The position numbers and the translations under genes are program-made. A DNA stretch of 64,000 bases. Origin: Acidobacteriota bacterium (GTDB taxonomy: Bacteria > Acidobacteriota > Thermoanaerobaculia > Thermoanaerobaculales > Sulfomarinibacteraceae). The stretch covers positions 1,960 to 65,959 of the forward strand of contig JAHECW010000004.1 of assembly GCA_024641545.1 (NCBI GenBank), written 5' to 3'. Below, piece after piece: positions 29,284 to 39,768 of this stretch (positions are counted from its first letter, which is position 1; every line of letters begins with the position of its first letter). Below the pieces are notes generated by a model, which had not been told where the DNA came from, did not search any database, and was given only the letters and a program-made list of their open reading frames with translations.

Positions 29284-30357
29284 TCAGAGCACGTCGTCCC
29301 AGCCGCGTTCCCGCAGGGCCTCAACCACATCTTTCACCTTTTGGGCTTCCGATCTGGGGACGACCAGCACCGCATCGGGGGTGGCCACAACGACGAGATC
29401 GCGGACCCCGACCGCGGCGATCAGGACGCCGTCGCCGACCAGAATATTGTCCCGCGATTCGAACTCGACCGTGCGGCCGCGGGCCACGTTGCCGCGTTCG
29501 TCGGCGGCCAGGTCGCCGGCCAGGGCCGGCCACGAGCCGACATCGGACCAGCCGAAGTCCACCGGTACGGTCCAGCGCTGCCGCGCCGACTCCATGATCC
29601 CGAAGTCCACCGAGGTCTTGGGCAGATGCGGGTAGATCCGGTCGAGGGCGTCAGCGGCGGCGGCGGTGCCGAGGGCGTCACCGATGGCGCCGATGCCGTC
29701 TGAGAGCAGCGGCAGCTGGCGCCGGACCTCGGCCAGGAGATCGGTCGCGCGCCAGGCGAACATCCCCGAGTTCCAAAGATAGCCGCCGTCGGCAAGATAC
29801 TCCGACGCCGTCTCGCGGTCGGGTTTCTCGACGAACTGATCCAGCGCGTGGACCGGCCAGCCGTTCTGGTCGAAGCTCCGGGCGCCGACCTTGAGATAGC
29901 CGTAACCGGTCTCGGGATGGGTCGGTCGGATGCCGAAGGTCAGCAATCCCCCGTGGGCTTCGACGACGGCGGCGCCGGCGGCCATGGCCGATCGGAATCG
30001 GTCTTCATCGGGGATCACGTGATCGGCGGGGAGCACGAGGCACACGGCATCGGGGTCGTCGTGGAGCACGACCCTCGCGGCGTAGGCGGCACAGGCCGCG
30101 GTGTCACGGCCGGTGGGTTCGGCGAGGATGTGGTCGGGGGAGAGGTCGTCGAGGAGCTCGCGGGTCGCTTCGGCGGTGGAAGCGGTGGTCACCACCCAAA
30201 GTCGCGCGGCTCCGACCAACGGCACGACGCGATCGGCGGTGATCCGGAGCAGCGGCATCTCGGATGACAGGGCCAGGAGTTGCTTTGGACGATGGTGGCG
30301 CGAAGCCGGCCAGAAACGGGTGCCGGATCCACCGGCCATGATGACGGCATGCAGCAT
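29284..30357 (-). CDS. mannose-1-phosphate guanylyltransferase (nucleotidyltransferase domain only)
   Basis: MLHAVIMAGGSGTRFWPASR... with a typical ManC/CpsB N-terminal domain. 357 aa. Confidence 0.85.
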   Translation of the reverse strand: MLHAVIMAGGSGTRFWPASRHHRPKQLLALSSEMPLLRITADRVVPLVGAARLWVVTTASTAEATRELLDDLSPDHILAEPTGRDTAACAAYAARVVLHDDPDAVCLVLPADHVIPDEDRFRSAMAAGAAVVEAHGGLLTFGIRPTHPETGYGYLKVGARSFDQNGWPVHALDQFVEKPDRETASEYLADGGYLWNSGMFAWRATDLLAEVRRQLPLLSDGIGAIGDALGTAAAADALDRIYPHLPKTSVDFGIMESARQRWTVPVDFGWSDVGSWPALAGDLAADERGNVARGRTVEFESRDNILVGDGVLIAAVGVRDLVVVATPDAVLVVPRSEAQKVKDVVEALRERGWDDVL

Positions 30358-30518
30358 GGGGGTTATCTTAGCCGGTTTTCAGGCTTGCGGTTGGTGGTCG
30401 TCCGGGACCGGGGCGGCAGCTGCAGGCGACCGTGGAGCGTCGCCGGCGGGCGGAAGTGGCCTCGTAATCCTGTTCGCCGCCGCTGAAATCTCGTCGGGCA
30501 CGGGCACGATGCCGCGCT

Positions 30519-31229
30519 TCAGTCGAGCAGCGCCAGCACCTCTTCGAGGCTGGCGATGCGGCGATAGCCGTTGCCGGCGAAGATCCCCGTTCGGTCGACG
30601 AGAACCGGGGTCATCCCGACCGCTCGAGAGCCATCGTAGTCTTCGAGCGGTGAGTCGCCGACATGGACGGTCTCCTCGGGACCGACACCGAGGCGCTCGA
30701 GGGTCCGATGAAAGATCCCGGCCGCCGGTTTCTCGATGTTTTCGCTGGCCGAGACGGTGATCGTCCTGAACCAGTCGCTGAGTTCGAGGCCATCGAGGAT
30801 CTCCGGCAACCGGCGATCCCAGTTCGAGATCACGGCCATTTCGAGCCCGCGGCCGTGGATGGCCGCGAGGGTGGTCCGCGTTTCCGGGTAAACCTGCCAT
30901 ACCCGCGGGTTCGAGAAGGCGGCGTAGAGTTCGTCGAGCAGGGGGCGCCATCCGGCCTCGTGCTCGAGCCGGGCCAGCACCTCGCGCAGAAAAGCGCCCC
31001 ACCATTGCTTTTCGCCACCGGGTTGCGAGTTGTACCGATCGATGCCGGGCGGCGTTCTCGCCTGGAGCTCGGCCCAGGCATCGGCGAAGACCGGTTCGAC
31101 CTCGCCGGCAGTGACCGCCCGGCCGTGGCGGCTGAGCGCCTCGGCGTAGATCTCGGCCGGAGAGGGGTCGCAGTAGAGAAGCGTGTTTCCGGCGTCGAAG
31201 GTGATGGCGGTGATCGGGTTCGAGGGCAT
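30519..31229 (-). CDS. HAD-superfamily hydrolase (subfamily IA, REG-2-like)
   Basis: Motif I ITFDAGNTL and a C-terminal HVGDSPLEDYDGSRAVGM. The start is uncertain (31229, 31247 or 31289). Confidence 0.75.
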   Translation of the reverse strand: MPSNPITAITFDAGNTLLYCDPSPAEIYAEALSRHGRAVTAGEVEPVFADAWAELQARTPPGIDRYNSQPGGEKQWWGAFLREVLARLEHEAGWRPLLDELYAAFSNPRVWQVYPETRTTLAAIHGRGLEMAVISNWDRRLPEILDGLELSDWFRTITVSASENIEKPAAGIFHRTLERLGVGPEETVHVGDSPLEDYDGSRAVGMTPVLVDRTGIFAGNGYRRIASLEEVLALLD

Positions 31230-31560
31230 TCGGAAATGGTAGCGCATGCCCGACGCCGATGTCTGCTGCGGTTTCAGGTCACCAGTCATGGGTCACAGGT
31301 GGCTGGTGGCAGGTTTCGGGTCGCGCAACATCGGACCATCGCAGGGTCACATCGCAAAGGACGCGAAGATCATTTACTGCAGAGAATCGCAAAGCCATCC
31401 CATTTGCGAGTGGACGACGCGTGCGGTGCGGGTTGTCAGACTTCGTGGAGGCGGGCTCAAAACCGGAAAGGAGCCAAGGAAGGCCGGGGGCCAGCACACG
31501 GGCGACCTGCGACCTGCATCTTCCGCCCTGCGACTCTGCGATACTGTCGCGGTGCGAAAA

Positions 31561-34500
31561 ATGACGATCCTCCGTTGTCCCCGTCGAAACCAGGGCCGCA
31601 CATTGCCGGTCGTGATCAGGCGTCTGGTCGTGGCGCTGACGCTGCTCCTCGTCGCGCCGTTCGCCGGCGCTGCGAGTGAGATCGAGCAGCGGATCCTCGA
31701 TCACGTCGGCCGCGCGACCGCGGGTGGGCTCCAGCCCGACGACTTCCACCACCTCTTCTTTGCGTTCTCCCGGCGGGACACGGTTCCCGATCTCGCCGTG
31801 ATCGAAGGAGGACTCGACCGACTTGCCGCCCTGAGTCGAGTCGATCCCCTCATGGCGGATGAGCTGCGTGTGATGCGCGCCCGCCTGGCGGCGGAGGCGG
31901 GCCGTCCGGCGGCGGCGAGGGAACTCTTCAGGGCGGTGGGCGGCCTCACCGAGTGGTGGGTCCAGGGGCCGGTCTCGATCGGTGAGCTCGCGGACTTCGG
32001 CGATCTGGCGGTCCTTCCGCCCGGCGGTGACTGGCGAGCGGCGCCGGGCACCGATCCGCTGGGCTGGGTCAGGCTCTCGGGTCTTGCGTGGCCGGCGCAA
32101 CGGCAACTGGTGACCCTGGCGACCACCGTGGTTGCGGACCGCGCCCAACCGGTGGCGGTGCGCCTCGGCGCCGCTCAGGTCGCCCGGGTCTGGCTCAACG
32201 GTCGAGAGGTCTTGACGACGCCCCGCCCCCTCGAGCGGGCGGACGACCAGGCTTCGGCCGGCGGCTGGCTTCGCCGCGGCGCCAACACGATCGTGGTGGC
32301 GGTGGCGAGCGAGAGCGACGACTGGTGGCTCAGGGTTCGGCTGACGCAACCCGACGGGAGGGCTCTCGAGGGTGTCCGAGAGACCGCGACCGCGCCCGTC
32401 GCCATTGCCGATGAAGACCGCAAATCTCCAGAAATCAGGGATTTGGAAAGCGAAATCCGATCCGCGGTCGAGCAGGGCCGGGACGGGGCCACGCTGGCCC
32501 TGGCAGCCTATCTGGTCGTCCGCCGTCCGCAGGCGGTGGGCGCCGGCGAAGCGCGAACCGTGTGTCGAACCGCGCGGACCGAGGCGCCGGCCGAGGCTCG
32601 TCTGCTCGAGTGGTTCATCACCAGCGATCAGACCGTCGGCTTCGAGCTCCTTCGAGACGCGATCAAAGCCGATCCTTCGCTGGTCTGGGCTCGGATCGAG
32701 CTCGCCTCCTGGTACGCCGACCGGCGGCTCTTCGATGAGGCCGCAGCCATCCTCGAACCGGTGATCGACGAACCCGCCGCCGCAGCCACGGCCCTCGACA
32801 TCGACTCGGAAATGTGGGGGATCGCGCTGCTCGGCGAGATGGTGGAGCTCGCTCGTCGCTATCCGACCTGTGAGTGGGTGGGCCTGGCCGCCGCCCACCG
32901 CGCCCTCGACGCCCGGCGGACCGATCTCGCCGAGAAGATCCTCGCTCCTCTCCGGCGTGCGGTTCCGGCCTCGCCTTCGGTGGTCGATTTCCGCGAGCGC
33001 CTCGCCGAGGCATGCAACGACGGCGACGCTCTGCTCGGGCTCATCGGCGAGGGGCTTGAGATCGATCCCAATGATGGACGGCTGCGGCTTCGCCTGGTCC
33101 GTCTTCTCAGCGGCGTCGGCGAAGTCGAGGGAGCGCGGGCGCAGCTCGAAGAGGGTCTGCGGCGGTCCCCCTCCGATATCGACTTCTTGATGGAGTTGGC
33201 CCGCGTCGAGCATGCGGCGGGGGTCGACGACCGGGCTCTCGAGCTGAGCCGCGAGGTCCTCACCCTGCGGCCGCAGGACAGGCGGGCGCGGCGTCTCGTC
33301 GAGTTGTTGAGCGGTGAGGCGGAGGATCTGAGTTGGTTGCGGCCGGTGGATGAGCTCTGGCGGATGGCGGATGCCGCGCCCCCGGGTGATCCGGCCGTGA
33401 ACCTCCTCGACCATGTCGAGATCCACTTCCTGCCGTCGCAGCTCACCGAAGAACGCGTCCAGCAGGTGACGCTCATTACCTCGGCCGAACGGGCCGACGC
33501 CTACCATCAGCGAACCCTGCCCTATGTCTCCGAAAGCCAGCGGCTGCGCATCCTCAGAGCGCGGGTTCTCAGGCGCGACGGTTCCGAGCTGAGCGCCCAA
33601 CAGGGCGACACGCCGCGTCTGGTCGAGCCCGAATTCAACCTCTATTACGACACCCGGTTGCGGGTGCTCGATTTTCCCGAGCTCGAGGATGGCGATCTTC
33701 TCGAAATCTCCTACCTGCGAACCGAAACCATCGAAAGCAACGAATCCGGGCCCTATGAAGGCGGACTCGTGATCCTGGGTCGGTCGGTACCGACGGTCCT
33801 TGCCGAGGTCGAGTTGGCGGGCCCCGAGGACCTGCTGCCGTCGTGGGAGCTCATCAACCTCGAGGGCCGACCGGATCGGCGGGTGGACCCCGATGGGGGT
33901 GTCCGGCTGGTCTGGACCTGGCGCGATCTCGACGCCGTCCCGCTCGACATCCCGCCGTCACCCCCCTTCGCCAGCGGTCGGTTTCTGACCTATTCGAGTC
34001 ATCCTGACTGGGGCGAGCTCAGCACTTGGTATGCGCGCCACGTGGCGCCTCGAATCCGGGCGTCCCGGCAGATTGAAGAGCTCGCCGAGAGTCTGACCGA
34101 AGGTGTTGACGACCGCATCGAGAGGATCCGCCGGATCTACACCTACGTGACCAACGAGATCCGGTATGTCGGGCTCGAGTTCGGCGAGCATCGGTTTCGA
34201 CCGTTCTCGGCGGACTGGGTCCTCAATCAGGGCATCGGCGACTGCAAGGACACGGCGGCGTTGTTGGTGGCGCTCTTCGAGGCCATCGACATCCCGGCGC
34301 GGATGGTCATGGTGCGGACCGCCGATCTCGGTCCGATCGCCGGCGAGATGGCGCTGCTCGAGGTCTTCAACCACGCCATCGCCTACCTCCCGGATGACGA
34401 CCTCTGGCTCGACGGCACGGCCGCCGGGCATGCCATGTTGCCGCCCCCCGGGATGGATCAGGGCGCCACCGTACTGGTGGTGGATGGTGCCGACAGCCGG

Positions 34501-35136
34501 CCCCGGATCACCCCGATCGTCGGTGGCGGACTGTCCCAGACCACCTATCGACTGGGGGAGGGTCTGAACGGGCTCGTCCCCCTGGAGGTTCGGATTGAGG
34601 CGACAGGCGAGGCGGCGGACCGGCTCCGCCATCAGTTTGCCGGCGGCAAGGATCCCCGTCCCTTCGCGACCTGGTTGCAGCGGTCTTTCCCGGGCGCCGA
34701 GCTGACCGCGGATCCGAAGTACCGCCTGGTGCCGTCACGCGATCCCGCCGTCCTCGAGCTCGAGTCGGTGGTGCCGCGCACGGCGCTCGAGAGTCGCGGC
34801 GGTATCGCCACCTATCCGGGCGTCTTGGATCTCTCCACCCGGGTGGTTCCAACCGGTACCCGGTCGGGCCCGCTCCTGGTTGCGGTTCGTCCCGATCTCG
34901 AGTGGACCCTCGAGGTGACGCTCGGTCGAGTGCCGTCGGTCAAAGCCGACACGGTGTCGCTGACAAGCGACTTCGGGTCCTTGAAATTGACCACCGAGAT
35001 CGAGGACAAGGGCTACCGTGTCAACGGCTATGTTCATCTCAACCCCGGGACCGTCGAGGCCGAACGAGCACCCGAGGCGCGCGGGTTCCTGCTCGAGATC
35101 GAACGGATCCTGAGCCGGCCGCTGGAGACGCCATGA
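31561..35136 (+). CDS. large secreted protein: beta-sandwich + TPR-like helical region + DUF3857-like + transglutaminase-like cysteine protease core + DUF3858-like
   Basis: ATG 31561 gives signal peptide MTILRCPRRNQGRTLPVVIRRLVVALTLLLVAPFAGAAS. Transglutaminase core GIGDCKDTAALLVALFEAIDIPARMVMV ... FNHAIAYLPDDDLWLDGT (Cys codon 34243-34245, then His and Asp). The ORF-track start 31246 lies in a low-GC island and is unlikely. Confidence 0.8.
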   Translation: MTILRCPRRNQGRTLPVVIRRLVVALTLLLVAPFAGAASEIEQRILDHVGRATAGGLQPDDFHHLFFAFSRRDTVPDLAVIEGGLDRLAALSRVDPLMADELRVMRARLAAEAGRPAAARELFRAVGGLTEWWVQGPVSIGELADFGDLAVLPPGGDWRAAPGTDPLGWVRLSGLAWPAQRQLVTLATTVVADRAQPVAVRLGAAQVARVWLNGREVLTTPRPLERADDQASAGGWLRRGANTIVVAVASESDDWWLRVRLTQPDGRALEGVRETATAPVAIADEDRKSPEIRDLESEIRSAVEQGRDGATLALAAYLVVRRPQAVGAGEARTVCRTARTEAPAEARLLEWFITSDQTVGFELLRDAIKADPSLVWARIELASWYADRRLFDEAAAILEPVIDEPAAAATALDIDSEMWGIALLGEMVELARRYPTCEWVGLAAAHRALDARRTDLAEKILAPLRRAVPASPSVVDFRERLAEACNDGDALLGLIGEGLEIDPNDGRLRLRLVRLLSGVGEVEGARAQLEEGLRRSPSDIDFLMELARVEHAAGVDDRALELSREVLTLRPQDRRARRLVELLSGEAEDLSWLRPVDELWRMADAAPPGDPAVNLLDHVEIHFLPSQLTEERVQQVTLITSAERADAYHQRTLPYVSESQRLRILRARVLRRDGSELSAQQGDTPRLVEPEFNLYYDTRLRVLDFPELEDGDLLEISYLRTETIESNESGPYEGGLVILGRSVPTVLAEVELAGPEDLLPSWELINLEGRPDRRVDPDGGVRLVWTWRDLDAVPLDIPPSPPFASGRFLTYSSHPDWGELSTWYARHVAPRIRASRQIEELAESLTEGVDDRIERIRRIYTYVTNEIRYVGLEFGEHRFRPFSADWVLNQGIGDCKDTAALLVALFEAIDIPARMVMVRTADLGPIAGEMALLEVFNHAIAYLPDDDLWLDGTAAGHAMLPPPGMDQGATVLVVDGADSRPRITPIVGGGLSQTTYRLGEGLNGLVPLEVRIEATGEAADRLRHQFAGGKDPRPFATWLQRSFPGAELTADPKYRLVPSRDPAVLELESVVPRTALESRGGIATYPGVLDLSTRVVPTGTRSGPLLVAVRPDLEWTLEVTLGRVPSVKADTVSLTSDFGSLKLTTEIEDKGYRVNGYVHLNPGTVEAERAPEARGFLLEIERILSRPLETP

Positions 35137-38100
35137 AGCACGGTCATCGCGCCGCCGTACTCTGCCTCGGGGCGGTTCTCTTCGCGACCGCCGCGAGGGC
35201 CGACTGGTGGGCGGTGCACCGCGCCGACACCGATTTCGATCTCTCCGCCGCACGCCGGGCGGCGCTGGCGACGGTGGCCGAAGATCCCACCGGGGCCGAT
35301 GCGGTTGCGGCCGCAGGGTGGTGGCTCAGCCAGATCGGAAATCTCCCCGATCCCGAGGAGATCCTGACGGTTGCCGGTGATGTGCGCGATCCCGAGCTCG
35401 GCTTTCTGCTCGCCCGGATCGAAAGCGATCTCAACGGCCGACCGCCCTCCGGCACCCTCGCCTCGGCCGAGCTCGCCGGGCCTTTCGGGGTGTTTGACAT
35501 CCTCGATCTCGAGCGCGGGGCCGCCCCTCCCGATTCCGCCCTGCCCCCGCCGAACACGGTGTTCGCCAATCCGTGGGAACCGGTCCGCTGGACCCTGACC
35601 ACCCTCAACGGGGTGATCGCCCCGCCCGATGTGCTGACCGCGCGGGGCGTCTTCACCGTGCTCTGGACCATCGGACTCGAGACCGCGTTCGACGGCTGGA
35701 TGACGATCGAGGCGAGCGGGAGCTTCGATCTCCAGGTCGATGGCCGGTCGGTGGACCGTCGACGGTTCTGCGGCCAACGCGAAGCCGAGGTTCTGTGGTA
35801 TCGCGTGCGTCTCGAGGCCGGGCGCCACCGGCTGCGGGCCGACATCGCGGCGCGCGGACGACCGGAGGTCAGAGTCAGTTTCTATGATCCGGAAGGTCGT
35901 GCGCTGACGCTGCCGCCGGTCGCGGATGTGACCGACGGGGTCTGGTCGGACTCCGAGGTTGTCGCCGAGGAACCTCCGGCGATGACCAGGCTCGTCGAGC
36001 GCCTCGACGCCGGCGGCGGCATGACGGATTTCCTGCTGGCGGCAACGCTCAGCGAGAACCGACGCGATCCCGCACGCTGGCGCGAGTTGCTCGAGCGGGC
36101 CCTGGAGATCGAACCCGCGAGCCCCTGGCCTCGGTTGGCGTTTGCGTGGTACTGGGTGACGGCGCCAACCGGTGAAGACGCCGAGACCACTCGTCTCCGG
36201 GCGCGCGAGCACCTCCGCTCGACATCCGAGTTGCCGATGTCTCTGCTGCTCGAGAGAGGTCTCGCGATCAGGGAGCGACGAGAGCAGGACCACGAAGACA
36301 TCCTGAACGCCCTGGTCGATCGCCACCTCGAAGATGTTCGGGTGCTGCGGATTTGGATTCACGAGGCCCTGGGTCGGGGTTGGGTTCGCGAAGGGGAGGA
36401 CGGACTCCGCCGACTGAATGCCGCCCTGCCGGGTTCCCGCGGAGCGGCCGAGGTCGAGCTCGAAGTGCTCGAGGCCCTCGAGAGGTGGCAGGAGCGCCAG
36501 CATCTCCTCCGCGCGTTGGCCGTCACCGAACCCCTCGAGCTCGGTTTTGTCGACGAGCTTGCCCAGGGGTGTCTGGTTGCGGACGCCGTCGACGTGATCC
36601 GGCGGCTCCGTTCGCGGGCCGAGGACCCGGATCTCGATACCGAGCTCATTCGGTTGCTGTACTCGGCGGGGGAGCTCGAGGAAGCCGCCGATGAGCTCGC
36701 GGCCCTCCGTCGGCGTTGGGGATCGCTCATGGTCGCCGACGAGATGATGTTGGCGGTCACCGCCGACGACCCGGAGGCCAGGACCCGGGCGCTGGAGACG
36801 GCCATCGAGCGGACGCCGTCGTCCCTCGATCTTCTTTCTCTGGCCTGGCGGAACGGGAGGACTCCGTTCTTCCAGCCGTACCGGCTCTCGCTCGACGAAG
36901 TCACAGCGCGGGTCGATGACAGAATCGAAGGGGTCGACGCGGTGCTCCTCCTCGACCAGGCGGTGGAGCGGGTCTTTACCGACGGTTCGAGCCTCTACTA
37001 CTACCACGGGGTGACCCGGGCTCTGACCCCGGTCGGCGTCCGCCAGGCCTCTCGTCTCCAGCAACTCCCCGACTCGTACCGGCTCAAAGTCAGGATTCAC
37101 AAACAGGACGGTTCGGTTGTCGTGCCCGCCGATCTCGGCGACGGCGGCGGTGCCATCGAGCTCGAGGATGTCGATCCCGGCGATCTTGTCGAGGAGGAGT
37201 ACGTCGCGCGGGTCGCCGGGACCGGCGCCTCGCGGCGCGGCCACTTACCACCCTATATCTATCGGTTTGCAGATTCCGAACGAGCCTTTGGGCTTTCCGA
37301 ATACCTCCTTCTCGTCCCGCCCGAGGTTGAACTCATGGTGGAGGGCAACTTCGACGGGGTACAGCGCTCCGAGTGGAACGTCGACGGGCTGCGCGCGATC
37401 AGGTGGCGAGCCGAGAGCGTGCCGCCGATTCCGGAAGAACGATTCGCGCCACCGACCAGCGAGCTCCTGCCCTGGGTCAGCTATGCCTTCGGGGTGACCT
37501 GGGAAGACGTCGGCGACGCGTTACGCGACCGGCTCCTGCCCATCCTCGTGACAACCCCGGAACTCAGGACCTGGAGCGCGGCACTGCTCGCCGCGGATCC
37601 GCCCGAGGTCGCGCTCGGTGCTCTTGTCAAAGGAGTCATCGACAAGATCGAGCCGGGAAGAGGCGTGCTCGATTTCACCGGGAGCGCCGGTGCGGGCTTT
37701 TCCCGCGCGCGAGGAAATCGGATGGGCATCGTCGCTGCCGCCCTGCTCGACGCCGGCTGGGATGTTGATCTCGTGATGGCCCGAACGCGGCCCTTCGCCG
37801 GCACCCACCTCGAGGTTCCGACCTTTGACTCGTTCATGGTTCCGCTCCTGCGCGTCGAGCTCGAAGGAACCGAGATCTGGCTCGATCTCGAGGAAGAAAG
37901 CCAGGGGATCGGTCGGATCGACCCGATTCTTCAGGGCAGCGACGGTCTCCTCATTCCATTGAGCCGCCCCGATCACAAGGTGTCGATCCTCAAGGAGCTC
38001 CCGGTCTTTGAAAACCCCGATCTCGAAGAGGAAATGAAAGTCGTGGCGGTGGTCTCGCCGTCGGGCGACGCCCGTCTCACCGTGACGATCACCATCCGTG

Positions 38101-38642
38101 GTTCCCAGGCCGAACGGGTCGTCGAACAGATCCGCAGCGTTCCCACCGAACGGGTGCCCGTGTTGTATCAGCAGATGGCGGCGAATTTCATCCCCTCGGC
38201 CTCCGAGGTGACGGGACGGTTCGACCGGGTGGCTGACGGCATCGACCTCGAACTCGAGATGCGATCTCCCGGAGTCTGCCGGCCCGAGGGGAATTCCATG
38301 GTCTGTCGGCAACTAGTCTTCTCGAAACCCCTGGTCCCGGTTCTCGCCGCCTTGCCGACCCGACGGTATCCCTTGATCATGCCGGTGCCGGTGCTGCAAC
38401 GCCAGGAGCTCGTCATCGAGGTGCCCGAGGGTTGGACCGTCGACCGCATCCCGAGGAGGATCGAGGCCCGGTGGGGTTCGGTGACCGAAACCACCGATCG
38501 CGATGGCCGACGCCATCGATCGGTTCTTCGGCTCGAGCTGCCGGCTCAGACGGTATCGCCGGACGACTACCCCGAGTTCGCTCGCTTTTGTCACGCGGTG
38601 GATGAACTCAGTTCACGCCCGCCGGTGTTGAGCCGCGAGTGA
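35133..38642 (+). CDS. paralogous large secreted DUF3857/transglutaminase-like protein lacking the catalytic Cys and His
   Basis: ATG 35133 shares an ATGA overlap with the upstream stop. Signal peptide MKHGHRAAVLCLGAVLFATAARA. Same domain order as the upstream gene. The core reads RGNRMGIVAAALLDAGWDVDLVMART ... FDSFMVPLL...IWLDLE, with no Cys or His at the aligned positions. Confidence 0.75.
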   Translation: MKHGHRAAVLCLGAVLFATAARADWWAVHRADTDFDLSAARRAALATVAEDPTGADAVAAAGWWLSQIGNLPDPEEILTVAGDVRDPELGFLLARIESDLNGRPPSGTLASAELAGPFGVFDILDLERGAAPPDSALPPPNTVFANPWEPVRWTLTTLNGVIAPPDVLTARGVFTVLWTIGLETAFDGWMTIEASGSFDLQVDGRSVDRRRFCGQREAEVLWYRVRLEAGRHRLRADIAARGRPEVRVSFYDPEGRALTLPPVADVTDGVWSDSEVVAEEPPAMTRLVERLDAGGGMTDFLLAATLSENRRDPARWRELLERALEIEPASPWPRLAFAWYWVTAPTGEDAETTRLRAREHLRSTSELPMSLLLERGLAIRERREQDHEDILNALVDRHLEDVRVLRIWIHEALGRGWVREGEDGLRRLNAALPGSRGAAEVELEVLEALERWQERQHLLRALAVTEPLELGFVDELAQGCLVADAVDVIRRLRSRAEDPDLDTELIRLLYSAGELEEAADELAALRRRWGSLMVADEMMLAVTADDPEARTRALETAIERTPSSLDLLSLAWRNGRTPFFQPYRLSLDEVTARVDDRIEGVDAVLLLDQAVERVFTDGSSLYYYHGVTRALTPVGVRQASRLQQLPDSYRLKVRIHKQDGSVVVPADLGDGGGAIELEDVDPGDLVEEEYVARVAGTGASRRGHLPPYIYRFADSERAFGLSEYLLLVPPEVELMVEGNFDGVQRSEWNVDGLRAIRWRAESVPPIPEERFAPPTSELLPWVSYAFGVTWEDVGDALRDRLLPILVTTPELRTWSAALLAADPPEVALGALVKGVIDKIEPGRGVLDFTGSAGAGFSRARGNRMGIVAAALLDAGWDVDLVMARTRPFAGTHLEVPTFDSFMVPLLRVELEGTEIWLDLEEESQGIGRIDPILQGSDGLLIPLSRPDHKVSILKELPVFENPDLEEEMKVVAVVSPSGDARLTVTITIRGSQAERVVEQIRSVPTERVPVLYQQMAANFIPSASEVTGRFDRVADGIDLELEMRSPGVCRPEGNSMVCRQLVFSKPLVPVLAALPTRRYPLIMPVPVLQRQELVIEVPEGWTVDRIPRRIEARWGSVTETTDRDGRRHRSVLRLELPAQTVSPDDYPEFARFCHAVDELSSRPPVLSRE

Positions 38643-38709
38643 AGCCGACCCGATCGATCGTCGGCCGGCGGGAGCCCGGTGGATCGGTACCGGCGTATAC
38701 TCAACGCTC

Positions 38710-39612
38710 GTGAAGCTCGTGGACGGAACCGTGATCGCCGTGCACGGCCCGCTGGTGCGGGTCCAGATCGGTGATCGAACGGTGGTCATGGCGTCGCGCC
38801 GTCGGCTCAAATGGGAAGGCGCCTCGCCGCGATCACCCCGGTTGGTCGTCGGCGATCGCATCGTCGCCGAGATGGCAGCCGAGGACGGCGTCGTGGTGGC
38901 GGTTCGTCCGCGGGAGAACTCGCTCTGTCGGGCCGCGCCCCACAGCGGTCGACCCCAGCTCCTGGCGGCGAACGTCGATCAGGCGCTCCTGGTTTTCGCC
39001 GCGAGCCGGCCCGAGCCCAAGCGCGGTCTTCTGGATCGTTTTCTCTTCGCGTGCCACGCGTCCGGAATCGACGCGGTCATCATCATCAACAAGAGCGATC
39101 TCGGCCGCAGTGAACTCGATGACTGGCTGCCGGTCTACGAAAACCTGGGTTACGAGGTCTTTCGGGTCTCGGCCCGAACCGGCTGGGGTCTGGGTCGCGT
39201 CAAACGACGCCTGGTGGGCCGGACGACCCTGTTCTGCGGCCCCTCCGGCGCCGGAAAATCGTCGCTGCTGAACTCGGTCTACCCGGGGTTTCGACTCAAG
39301 GTGGGGTCGATCTCAGACGCCACGGGGAAAGGCCGGCACACGACCACTCGGGCCGAACTCATGCCGCTTCCCTACGGCGGCTTCGTGGTCGATACGCCCG
39401 GACTCAAGGAGTTCGGCGTCCTCGACGCATCCGACGAGGATCTCGCCAGGGCTTTCCCCGAGATCGCGGCGTTCGTGTCGGGCTGCCAATTCTCCGACTG
39501 CAGCCATGTCCAGGAACCCGGTTGCGCGGTCAAGGAGGCGGTCGAGCGGGGAGACATCGACGCCGGCCGGTTCGCGAGCTACCTCAACATCAGGGAAGAA
39601 GAGTCTTCTTGA
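38710..39612 (+). CDS. rsgA: ribosome small subunit-dependent GTPase A
   Basis: Circularly permuted GTPase: NKSDL then GPSGAGKSSLLN. C-terminal zinc knuckle CQFSDCSHVQEPGCAV. Confidence 0.92.
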   Translation: MKLVDGTVIAVHGPLVRVQIGDRTVVMASRRRLKWEGASPRSPRLVVGDRIVAEMAAEDGVVVAVRPRENSLCRAAPHSGRPQLLAANVDQALLVFAASRPEPKRGLLDRFLFACHASGIDAVIIINKSDLGRSELDDWLPVYENLGYEVFRVSARTGWGLGRVKRRLVGRTTLFCGPSGAGKSSLLNSVYPGFRLKVGSISDATGKGRHTTTRAELMPLPYGGFVVDTPGLKEFGVLDASDEDLARAFPEIAAFVSGCQFSDCSHVQEPGCAVKEAVERGDIDAGRFASYLNIREEESS

Positions 39613-39768
39613 CCTTCCCGAGCCGGTTTTCCTCGACACCTTTCCCGAGCGGATGCCAGGCATTTCGCCGCTGGAAAAGGAAGCCAGGCACCGCCAACGA
39701 GCGAGCTCCTTCGTTTTCACCGCGCCCGAGATTGTAGCGACAAGCGGACGCCCGATGAGTCGCGTGGG

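Noticed and set aside
31279-33600. 773-aa minus-strand ORF, with the similar 736-aa ORF at 35034-37244
   Set aside because: Both are antisense to the two transglutaminase-like genes. Both are R/G/P/D-rich with no motifs.
39654-39690. TGCCWGGCA-like motif pairs (also at 5132-5140 and 5171-5179)
   Set aside because: A GC-rich 8-mer of this composition is expected several times by chance in 64 kb on both strands. It is not enough to claim a shared regulatory site across the two loci.
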